64,000 nt of DNA from a virus: IMG/VR virus record IMGVR_UViG_3300022223_000004, positions 6,499 to 70,498 of that record. One strand, 5' to 3'. The notes beneath the pieces are model-generated. The model had not been told where the DNA came from. It was given only the letters and a program-made list of their open reading frames with translations, and did no database searches. The first letter of the stretch is position 1, and the number at the start of each line of letters is the position of its first letter. Shown in pieces: positions 27,451 through 35,171 of this stretch. The translations under genes were made by a program, and so were the position numbers.

Positions 27451-28959
27451 TTATTTAATGATTATGGTTCTCCCAGCGCCCCTACCATGCACAGGTACCA
27501 ATGTGGCATCTGGTACCCTTATGGATTCTTGTGCAACCTTTTCTGGAATGTCTTTGTAATAATGTTTCGCATTCTCCTTAATCCATTCTACCTGTTCCCT
27601 ATAGGTCAATTTTACATTGCCCTTAAACTGATTACGGATCCTTAAAGCAATCCCAGCAGACACGTCCCTAGACAGTGAAGGGCCTTTTTTGTTTCCATCA
27701 GAAAACATAATTCCTATCTCGGCAAAGGTTAAAAGGAATTTTATCTCCTCTATATTCATAGCCAGAACCACATTGGCCTCTGGAGATAAAAACTGAAGTC
27801 CTTTTTTACAATGAGGGCAGGGGAGGACTGTATCTAATAGGTGCCCACCTCTGAGTTCCAGAGGCACAATGTCTCCCAAAATAAAATAACCTCCACAGCG
27901 TATGCACCAGACTTCCTTTTCCAGAGTTTCTTCACTCCAAGTTCCTGTCGTCACTATTTCCAGCACATGGGGTGGCGTCCATTCCGTATAGGGGATTTCT
28001 TGTAATGTTGATGGGTCATCAAAGGTATCCACAAAGAGGTTTTCATCCTTGATCGGAGCAAAGTTGTCCATTTGAAATTTTAGGAGATCAGTTGTGGTTT
28101 CCAGAAGGTGGTACAGAAAGCTCCTACCCCTGGTATCGCTCCAGTCTATATCTTTTCCCTCTATCAGGGCTTTAGAGGTCTGGGATAATACTTGGAGCAA
28201 TTGATTAGGAGCATCGGGCAATTTAGAGGAAGAATGCAACCAATCATGTAAAAAACCTATAAGGTCTTTTGCATTAGTGTTTGTGTCATCCTGATAATGC
28301 TGATAACGGGTGACCCTAATTGGAGGCAGGCGATGGCTTTTAGGTAAGTCGGTTGTTTTACCTGCTAAGTATTGCTCCAACCTATCTTTTAAATACATTT
28401 CAGACCCTTCAGGAAAACCTAAAGGCAAATATTTCACAAAAGTCTCCACCCTTTTAAGGGCCATTGTCCGTAAGTAATTAAAAGAGACCCTTCTGTTCCT
28501 GAGGTCCATATCCATTTCCTCAATCATCCGATTAAGGAATCCCTCCAGTGATTTTATTTGCCAAGGCTCACAATCTTGTAAAGGATCTGGAGTGGAATCA
28601 ATCTCTGGCAGGACTTCACTCCCTTTTGGTATTTTCAATTGCTCCCGCATACTGGTTAAAATCATAGCGGAATCATGGGTAAGGTCTGCTATATGTGATC
28701 TGAAGTCCTCTAAGGGTTTGTCTCCACAGAGGCACTCAGCATTCAAATCTACCAAATTGGTTATAAGGGTATCCACTGTATCAGGTAGGTCACTAATGCC
28801 TAAGGGTGTATTGGGGCTATCTGCTTTCATACGCCAAACATTTTCAAATAGGTCCACAATCTGGGCCAGTTTCTCTGGCTCTGCTAGGTAGACTCTGATA
28901 ATGTCTTGGAAAATGTACAGTAATCTGGACAATAGGGAATGGGTTGTTTCCTGGTTCAT
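27451..28959 (-). CDS. hypothetical 502-aa protein with C-terminal zinc ribbon
   Basis: Long helical ORF with CIRC...CPHC; lies between TerS and TerL. Confidence 0.75.
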   Translation of the reverse strand: MNQETTHSLLSRLLYIFQDIIRVYLAEPEKLAQIVDLFENVWRMKADSPNTPLGISDLPDTVDTLITNLVDLNAECLCGDKPLEDFRSHIADLTHDSAMILTSMREQLKIPKGSEVLPEIDSTPDPLQDCEPWQIKSLEGFLNRMIEEMDMDLRNRRVSFNYLRTMALKRVETFVKYLPLGFPEGSEMYLKDRLEQYLAGKTTDLPKSHRLPPIRVTRYQHYQDDTNTNAKDLIGFLHDWLHSSSKLPDAPNQLLQVLSQTSKALIEGKDIDWSDTRGRSFLYHLLETTTDLLKFQMDNFAPIKDENLFVDTFDDPSTLQEIPYTEWTPPHVLEIVTTGTWSEETLEKEVWCIRCGGYFILGDIVPLELRGGHLLDTVLPCPHCKKGLQFLSPEANVVLAMNIEEIKFLLTFAEIGIMFSDGNKKGPSLSRDVSAGIALRIRNQFKGNVKLTYREQVEWIKENAKHYYKDIPEKVAQESIRVPDATLVPVHGRGAGRTIIIK

Positions 28960-28984
28960 TTTTTCTCTCCTCTATTTTATTTTA

Positions 28985-29626
28985 TTATAAGAATGCCTCA
29001 TCTGGATCATACGCATCTTCCGTAGTCAATCCTACGTCGGTTGCCTTGGCCCAAGTATTCTTATCCCGTCTTTCAAGTATAGTTATATCCCGTACCCAGG
29101 TAGGAACAAACTTATCTGGAGCCAAACTTCTGGTGATTATTTTCTTTCTGAATAACGCTAAGGCCCTGTTTATCGCCAAATAATAATATGCATATTTTTT
29201 ATGAGATTTGGACGCCTTCTCTTCCCAGTCATCCTCATAAGATGCCACAAAATCCTTTCCTGCCTTCATCCAGCGGTAATGGGTATTTTCAAATATGCCC
29301 AATAGGAAACAGGCGTCATGGACTGGAATAAAATGGCTCAGATAAAAACACATTACTCGGCATAACTCTGGGGAACATTCTGCGGGGGACCCTACGGGAA
29401 GGAAAAAGTTTTCTGCCTCTTCCAAAGTGGCTGTACGCATATACTCTCGGAATAGGGTATCTTCTAATGGTTTAGCACCTTTCGGCTTTTTGCTGATTTT
29501 TATCCGTTTCCCCTGTGGAGTCCTTTTTTGGTAGGTTTTTAATTTAATTCTTTTCGGTTCTGGAATACCTTTCCCTTCTTTCTTTTTCTGGGACTTCGGT
29601 TTTCTTTTAATTTTGATCATAGGCAT
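28985..29626 (-). CDS. probable terminase small subunit
   Basis: Basic N-terminus, HTH-like 'HDACFLLGIFENTHYRWM', C-terminal 'ILERRD...W'; AAGGAGGTG RBS; first gene of the packaging operon. Confidence 0.65.
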   Translation of the reverse strand: MPMIKIKRKPKSQKKKEGKGIPEPKRIKLKTYQKRTPQGKRIKISKKPKGAKPLEDTLFREYMRTATLEEAENFFLPVGSPAECSPELCRVMCFYLSHFIPVHDACFLLGIFENTHYRWMKAGKDFVASYEDDWEEKASKSHKKYAYYYLAINRALALFRKKIITRSLAPDKFVPTWVRDITILERRDKNTWAKATDVGLTTEDAYDPDEAFL

Positions 29627-29758
29627 CAGAAACAGCACCTCCTTTTGGAGGAAACTAACAAAGTCCACGTTGGAGTCGAATTTTTCTGGAATATATTATA
29701 TTTAATTGGCATCCACATTCCTATTATAAAAGGCAAAGGTTTATTTTGATCAGTAAAT

Positions 29759-29983
29759 GAAGAAAGGGAGGAAGCCGGACTGATTGAAAGCCCAAGGGAA
29801 ACTTCCTCCCCTTTCTTCTGGTGATAAGACCTCTGGGTATCAGGCGTTTTAGGTCTTATCACCTACCCCCCAAATAATAGCCAGGAAACCATTATTTGGG
29901 TTCTCTCGAAAAGGTAAAGCGATTTGGGAAACCTTACCTTTTCTATACCACTCGAATAGGCTCGGTGTACCTATTCTAAGTGG
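29759..29983 (-). ncRNA. array of five tandem stem-loops (putative structured RNA)
   Basis: Inverted repeats at 29759-29818, 29820-29863, 29869-29900, 29908-29943 and 29948-29983; extra G-U pairs form on the minus strand. Confidence 0.6.
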
Positions 29984-30026
29984 CAGACCCTATCGTTAAT
30001 TGAGGTTCTTTTGTGTTTGAAAGGAT

Positions 30027-30058
30027 TTACCCTCTCCGTTTCATAGATCACCTCCTTT
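30027..30058 (-). promoter_or_regulatory. 13-nt perfect Shine-Dalgarno followed by mini-ORF MKRRG*
   Basis: AAAGGAGGTGATC-T-ATG AAA CGG AGA GGG TAA; the + strand GATCACCTCCTTT equals the 16S rRNA 3' tail. Confidence 0.65.
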
Positions 30059-30087
30059 TTGCCTATTTAATTAAATAAATTCAGCAC

Positions 30088-30513
30088 CTAAGTATATATC
30101 TCCTTTTCTGGCTTAATTTCCAAAATTATCCTTTTCTTTTTAGTCGCATACCTCATGGTAGCCCAGGTTCCTGACCTTTTCATTTCCTTCATGGTATTAG
30201 GAACTGCTATCAATGCTTCCGTTTGGTTCACTATTTCCTTATTCCTTTCTAGGAAATGCCTGGGTGGTTCTGAAACATCATAAGGAGCATAGGCCCTAAA
30301 TTCAGTATTAATAGGAGGGTGCTGGTGTATTCTGAATCCTAAATGTTTTGCAATAGCCGCGGCATCTTCATCTGCCCCTATACAATCCCCATGGTGGAAT
30401 ACCCTAAATCCCATACCCCATAATTCCCTTAAAGTTTGCTTTAACAGAGTTAATTGCCTTGCAGTCATTCCTTTTCTGGATCCTGTAAATCCTACGTGCC
30501 TGTCTTGGAACAT
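30088..30513 (-). CDS. SLOG-superfamily (YspA/DprA-like) protein
   Basis: 'VGFTGSR', 'HHGDCIGAD', 'RNKEIV....ALIA', 'SGTWAT.RYA'. Confidence 0.85.
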   Translation of the reverse strand: MFQDRHVGFTGSRKGMTARQLTLLKQTLRELWGMGFRVFHHGDCIGADEDAAAIAKHLGFRIHQHPPINTEFRAYAPYDVSEPPRHFLERNKEIVNQTEALIAVPNTMKEMKRSGTWATMRYATKKKRIILEIKPEKEIYT

Positions 30514-30819
30514 ATCACTCTCCTACTTTCTGCTGGTTTTTTCTTCGTTTATTTAGTTTAGGAAATAAATCAAAAAGGACAATAATGTTCACCAAAGCCA
30601 CATATGCCATCAGTGCTACAAATACTACCAAATTCTCAATCACCTTCTTCCTCTCCTGTTTTTATCAATATTCCGTCCATCCATGCCTCTATAGATTCCT
30701 CTATATCGGTTGGTTTTTCTAGGCAATGAGATATTCCAATAGCCTTTTGCATATCCTTTTTCAGGGACTCTGGTATAACTTCCTTGTTTTCTTTCTCGTC
30801 CTCTTCCATTTCCTTTTCC

Positions 30820-31113
30820 TCACAACTTTTCTATCTGATTCAATTTTTTCTTGGCATACATTACAGGATCCTTCACAGACCCATTGGCTATCCTCTTTAA
30901 TGCTGCCGTGGCAAGTCCTAAAGACTTAAATGGCCTTTCATGCCTTTTCCTTTTTTCTAGGTACTTGGCTTCCTGCTCCTCTTGTCGTTTGGCAACCGTT
31001 TCTGGAGAATGCTGTTTACAGTAACCTCCCATAACAGCCTTTCTGGAACACCGATGCTGGCGATAAGTGCCGTAACCCCATACTAATTGCACACATTGGT
31101 CATTTCTACTCAT
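30820..31113 (-). CDS. small Cys/His zinc-binding protein
   Basis: 'QC...HRCSRKA..GGYCKQH'. Confidence 0.65.
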   Translation of the reverse strand: MSRNDQCVQLVWGYGTYRQHRCSRKAVMGGYCKQHSPETVAKRQEEQEAKYLEKRKRHERPFKSLGLATAALKRIANGSVKDPVMYAKKKLNQIEKL

Positions 31114-31355
31114 ATTAAAGCTCCTAACCATTTTAATATGGCAAAACAATTCTCCCCACTAGGCATTTGTCCTTTCTTCATCCTAGAAATTGTGGATTCG
31201 TTTACCCCCATCTGGACACAGGCATCTTTTATGGTAATCCCATCCACCAGTGCCTTTCTTTTAATATGGGCATATATGTTTTCCAAGTTTTCTTCCTCTG
31301 ACAATGGTGGAAGACTTGGTATTGGTGTGTTATAGTTGTTATCCTGCTTGTTCAT
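31110..31355 (-). CDS. XRE/Cro-like HTH regulator
   Basis: 'ITIKDACVQMGVNESTISRMKKG..PS..N...I..WLG'. Confidence 0.8.
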   Translation of the reverse strand: MNKQDNNYNTPIPSLPPLSEEENLENIYAHIKRKALVDGITIKDACVQMGVNESTISRMKKGQMPSGENCFAILKWLGALI

Positions 31356-31595
31356 CTATCTACCCTCTATTGGGATGGCTGACTCACTTAGCATAGGCCC
31401 AGCGGTTATGACTACCGTTGAACGTATCCCCGCCTCAACCATCCTTTTTGACATGCAGTGTATGCACAAGATTCCACCTCCTTCTTCGTTTGGCGCAATC
31501 TTTTCCCAAACTTCATCTGGGACGACGGCTTCAACCCAATCCGGTCTGTTGTAGTTGTACCCGCAATCGTAGCAACTCAATACCATATCTATCAT
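31356..31595 (-). CDS. zinc-finger hypothetical protein
   Basis: CYDC...VPDEVW..I...GILCIHCM..R. Confidence 0.7.
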   Translation of the reverse strand: MIDMVLSCYDCGYNYNRPDWVEAVVPDEVWEKIAPNEEGGGILCIHCMSKRMVEAGIRSTVVITAGPMLSESAIPIEGR

Positions 31596-31607
31596 CCTCC
31601 AGTGCTG

Positions 31608-32039
31608 TTAGCCTGAAAACTGTTCTAAGACGCTATTGCAAAGTCTATTGATCTCTGGATCTTCTCCGTTAAGAGAGTAAACCTCTCTGATAACGTCAAG
31701 TAATTTTCGTATGATTTCCTGTTGGTCAGATATTTCACCTAAATACATCTGTTCTTTAACTTTATGCTCTGTTGGATGCCATGTTGTTGCTGTATCTTTC
31801 AGAAACTCATCCACTTGAATCTCTAAAGACTCCATGTGTTCTACTGCCCGACATTCGTCGAAGTCAGTCTCTGAATCAAACCTTGCTCTCTCCAAGTGTT
31901 CTTGCGCTTCCCTGAATGACCTAAGCAAAGAGACGGCTTTGTCCTCTGCTGGGTGCCATGTGGATATAGGCTCAAAATAACTTGTTCCTTCATCGCTATG
32001 GACTACTCTTGATAAACCGCAAGGGCATTTATCTGTCAT
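31608..32039 (-). CDS. hypothetical protein (143 aa)
   Basis: AGGAGG RBS; internal 'TWHP.E.K' duplicated. Confidence 0.65.
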   Translation of the reverse strand: MTDKCPCGLSRVVHSDEGTSYFEPISTWHPAEDKAVSLLRSFREAQEHLERARFDSETDFDECRAVEHMESLEIQVDEFLKDTATTWHPTEHKVKEQMYLGEISDQQEIIRKLLDVIREVYSLNGEDPEINRLCNSVLEQFSG

Positions 32040-32383
32040 TGGGTATCCTCCTGAGCTAATTTGTTAAGCACATATGACCCACCATGTTTACCACAAAAAT
32101 ATTTTCCATCTATTTTAAAAGATGCCGCTAGATCACAAGTTTCCTTGCCTTTGGGATTCCCTGGTCTGCCTCTGCCATGCCAAAATTTTCTAGTAGCAAG
32201 GGATAGCATGGCTCCACACTTAGGAAAAGACAATCTATCCGACTTTATCCTGATTACTTTTGTTGGAAGCTCCGACCCCTCTTGGCTTTCTTCCTCACCG
32301 TACAAAACCTTTTTCATTGTCTCATTACGGTCATGTATGTAATCCATCCAATCTTCTTCATCTTCTTCAAAGTCATTATCCAT
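32036..32383 (-). CDS. hypothetical protein with C-terminal C/H motif
   Basis: AGGAGG RBS; 'C...C...IDGKYFCGKH'. Confidence 0.65.
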   Translation of the reverse strand: MDNDFEEDEEDWMDYIHDRNETMKKVLYGEEESQEGSELPTKVIRIKSDRLSFPKCGAMLSLATRKFWHGRGRPGNPKGKETCDLAASFKIDGKYFCGKHGGSYVLNKLAQEDTQ

Positions 32384-32417
32384 CTCTTCCTCCTTTTGGA
32401 TTAAAATCCCTCATTGT

Positions 32418-32616
32418 TGGCGGCTGGGGCAGGATTCGAACCTGCATGGAACGGCTGGCACTTTTGATAGGGGAGCATAACCGCATTCCACTCCTATCTC
32501 CTGTCAATTCAGGTCTACCGATGACTAATGCCTTATAAGGGTATGTCGTCTTAACCCCCTTCACCACTGGCCGTATGCTCTACACCAGTTGCGTCTTCCA
32601 ATTCCGCCACCCAGCC
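32418..32616 (-). ncRNA. 199-nt tRNA-like RNA with a greatly enlarged central region
   Basis: Acceptor stem GGCTGGG/CCCAGCC + G + CCA; Leu/Ser-type D arm TGGCGGAATTGGAAGACGC; T arm GCAGG-TTCGAAT-CCTGC; about 120 extra nt between them. Confidence 0.8.
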
Positions 32617-32623
32617 ATAAAAC

Positions 32624-33070
32624 CTAAAAAGCTTTGCCTCCTTCGGATTGCCTTTCTTCCCTCTTATGGTCACTCCGTACTTTATTATATGCCATTTTTT
32701 CTACAATGGTCCCGGATACGTCAAAACCCTTAGCACCCATATAATCCAAAAGGCGGATCAGTAGGTCCAAACATTCTACCTCTTCCGCACTTCTGTGCGG
32801 CAGATGATCATCTGGTAGTCCTTTCCTACTTCCTTCTAAAATCTCGGAAGCTTCGGAATGTATCAGGGCCAGTTTAGTGGCAAAGAAATAGGGTAAAGCT
32901 TCAGGACAAACTTTCTCAAAAAGGTCATAATCATCCCACCACCCTGCCTCTCTATTTATTCTGTGGACCTTTTTAGCCAAATCGGTTAAATTTTCAAATC
33001 CTGAGTATTGAGGATCCGAGTGGGCAATTTTAATTAATTCACTTAAATGCATACCGATATTGGATGCCAT
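32624..33070 (-). CDS. MazG-like NTP pyrophosphohydrolase
   Basis: 'KLALIHSEASEILEG.RK', 'EEVE..D.LIRLLD', 'EKMAYN..R...GGKAF'. Confidence 0.85.
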   Translation of the reverse strand: MASNIGMHLSELIKIAHSDPQYSGFENLTDLAKKVHRINREAGWWDDYDLFEKVCPEALPYFFATKLALIHSEASEILEGSRKGLPDDHLPHRSAEEVECLDLLIRLLDYMGAKGFDVSGTIVEKMAYNKVRSDHKREERQSEGGKAF

Positions 33071-33100
33071 TTTATTTCTCCTATTAGCGTTTATCTTCTA

Positions 33101-33116
33101 CTGATATCTATATCAG
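33101..33116. promoter_or_regulatory. LexA (SOS) box 2
   Basis: a-CTG ATATCTATAT CAG-t fits CTG-N10-CAG with an AT-rich spacer. Confidence 0.6.
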
Positions 33117-33161
33117 TGAGTCTTGGGTATTCACAGTATTTTGACTTAATTTTATGGAAAA

Positions 33162-33177
33162 CTGTATATACATACAG
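33162..33177. promoter_or_regulatory. LexA (SOS) box 1, overlapping a candidate -35 element
   Basis: a-CTGT ATATACAT ACAG-t is one base from the gamma/beta-proteobacterial consensus; minus strand reads CTGTAT-17 nt-TAAAAT. Confidence 0.8.
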
Positions 33178-33328
33178 TCTTTTTAACGCATCCTACTTCG
33201 ATTTGAGCGGATATCATGCATATGCGTTATGTTATACGCTGATACTGTAAAAACCCGCTAGGATCTTAAATCCTAGTGACAGGATTGATTTCAAGTAAAT
33301 GCAGACAGTCAGTGTCCTTATAACTGTA

Positions 33329-33964
33329 TCAGGTCGATTTTTTCAGTATTTTATTAAAAATACCCGACAGAAAATCTCTAGCGGTTTTGTATGACAACCT
33401 GATGGGCTTCCGTTCCGTATCAATATAATATGACCATAGGATCCGGTTTCGGGCCATTGTCCGTAATGGAAGAAAAAGATTTCCAGAAGAGACAATGGAA
33501 AAATCTTTATAGTCTTTTATAAAAAACCAAGATCCTTTTATTGTCTTAGTAGGACCAGTTATGAATAAAGTCCAAGCAGGTCCCTCTAATACTGCTATCC
33601 TGTGATAAGTGCTATGCTCTCTTTTGATTATTCCACTTTCTTTGGAAATACCCCTACTACACAACATGGTGGCATTGATGGTGCCACCATCCTCTCCCGA
33701 AATGTGGAAGAAAGCTTCGCTTGCGGGTGAACAATACTCCTCCCACAATACCCCTTTTAAACATATTGACCAAGAATCCCAGGGATGGTTATGCATCACC
33801 CCCTCCCTATCATCCCCAGTAAACCGGTGGAGATAGATATTTGGAAGCCACGGACTTTTGTTCCGGGGAAATAAATGCCATCTGGTAAGGTACCCAGGTA
33901 TCCAGAATTTGGGAATGGATAAATAAATAATAAACAGCACTAATAAAATATAAAATAAAGTCAT
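33329..33964 (-). CDS. cupin-like protein with N-terminal TM helix
   Basis: 'IYLHRF..DD...HNHPW....I.LKG...EE', 'HRI', 'WTLFITGP'. Confidence 0.7.
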   Translation of the reverse strand: MTLFYILLVLFIIYLSIPKFWIPGYLTRWHLFPRNKSPWLPNIYLHRFTGDDREGVMHNHPWDSWSICLKGVLWEEYCSPASEAFFHISGEDGGTINATMLCSRGISKESGIIKREHSTYHRIAVLEGPAWTLFITGPTKTIKGSWFFIKDYKDFSIVSSGNLFLPLRTMARNRILWSYYIDTERKPIRLSYKTARDFLSGIFNKILKKST

Positions 33965-34009
33965 TTTTATTTCTCCTTGAAATATTCCATTTGAAAGAAT
34001 CATGGCCCT

Positions 34010-34405
34010 TCAAGACCATTTTAGCGTGTCTGCAATCCAAACTTTAAATTTGGTCCAACTAGATTGCTGAGGTTTTGGGACCGGGAATTCTGGTGGTATG
34101 AGTGGTCCATAAGAAATGGAAAACTTCTCCATGGATCTGTCTGCCTCCTCAATGGATGGATACCTACTGGAAATTGCCTGTGAAGCCCTTGCCGTGGCTT
34201 TGGTTGCCTCCTCAGTGGAAGTAATCAGTTTATGGAATGCTTTCAAAGGTGCCTCTTCATTAATAGGGAGTTCGGCTGCCTTCTCTAAAATAATTTCCCT
34301 CCTAAAAGGATTTTCCTTGAAAGCCTGTCCACATCCCTTTTTTGCAAGTTTGCGTCTCCTGTGTCGAATGGCTTTCTTTGATGGCTTTTTTAAAAGTTTT
34401 TTCAT
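34010..34405 (-). CDS. hypothetical basic protein
   Basis: AGGAGG RBS; TAATG coupling to the upstream gene. Confidence 0.6.
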   Translation of the reverse strand: MKKLLKKPSKKAIRHRRRKLAKKGCGQAFKENPFRREIILEKAAELPINEEAPLKAFHKLITSTEEATKATARASQAISSRYPSIEEADRSMEKFSISYGPLIPPEFPVPKPQQSSWTKFKVWIADTLKWS

Positions 34406-34653
34406 TATAGTTTCCTCCTTCTCTCCTCTTTAACAAAAGAGGATATTAATAAAACCAATTTATTAAAGATTAAACTTTCCTTACTCATAATCCTATAATC
34501 TGATTGGAGCACCTCTCTAGTGGTATACCTAAGTCCACACCCAGTACATTCTCTCCTCCTCCGAATAGTCCCTTCCTTTTTAGAAAGTCTGGTTTCCAAA
34601 ACAGATGAAAGGGTGTGTTTACAGTATGGACATTGCATGTCCTTTCTCCTCAA
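34405..34653 (-). CDS. NrdR-like zinc-ribbon protein lacking the ATP cone
   Basis: 'MQCPYC....SSVLETR......IRRRRECTGCGLRYTTRE' matches the NrdR N-terminus; only 82 aa. Confidence 0.8.
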   Translation of the reverse strand: MRRKDMQCPYCKHTLSSVLETRLSKKEGTIRRRRECTGCGLRYTTREVLQSDYRIMSKESLIFNKLVLLISSFVKEERRRKL

Positions 34654-35171
34654 TCAAATAAAGTTTTTGGACGGGATAGCTCTTTCACATACTCAAACAT
34701 CTCAATATCCCCCTGCCTTACGGTATTCATTTTTTTGTAATTCATTTTTTTCCTTAAAGAGATGATCGGGACATTATCTGTCCTCAGTTGGGTAATTATC
34801 CTAAGACACCCTAACTCCTTTGCGAGCTTTTCAGCCCTTTTTGTCAGAGTTGCCGCAATCCCTTGTCTTTTATAATCATCGGACACGGCAGTGTACTTTA
34901 TTTGGAAATCCCCTTTAGTGATTAAAGAAGGTGGCTTGCCCTTTACCTTTCTGTGGTTCCACACAAGGAATCCCATCACTTCCCCAGTCTCAGAATATTC
35001 AATAATTACCCGATTGTCCTCAATGGCATTGGCTAAAAAAATTGTCTGGACATGCCCCAAAAAAAGCTTAGTAGAAGGCTGTTGGAGTATCTTCATAAGT
35101 ATTTTAGCCAAGTCCCTTGCAGACATTTTAATGGGACGTTTTTTGAGTTTCATTGTTTTTATTTCCTCCAT
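34650..35171 (-). CDS. GNAT acetyltransferase
   Basis: 'AVSDDYKRQGIAATL', 'GC.RI....R.DN'. Confidence 0.85.
   Translation of the reverse strand: MEEIKTMKLKKRPIKMSARDLAKILMKILQQPSTKLFLGHVQTIFLANAIEDNRVIIEYSETGEVMGFLVWNHRKVKGKPPSLITKGDFQIKYTAVSDDYKRQGIAATLTKRAEKLAKELGCLRIITQLRTDNVPIISLRKKMNYKKMNTVRQGDIEMFEYVKELSRPKTLFD

Noticed and set aside
29759-29983. CRISPR array
   Set aside because: There are no direct repeats; each unit is a distinct inverted repeat, and no cas genes are present
32376-32567. 63-aa minus-strand ORF MVKGVKTT...
   Set aside because: It overlaps the tRNA-like RNA, including the T arm and CCA, and has no clear RBS; the RNA explains the sequence better
32418-32616. tmRNA, group I intron-containing tRNA, or attP
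   Set aside because: No G3-U70/A73 Ala identity or tag ORF; the insert is too short and no group I core was recognised; no integrase in the window
33185-33332. Structured ncRNA or replication origin in the gap upstream of MazG
   Set aside because: The two strongest palindromes are better explained as LexA boxes and another as a terminator; the remaining 7-bp stems are weak evidence
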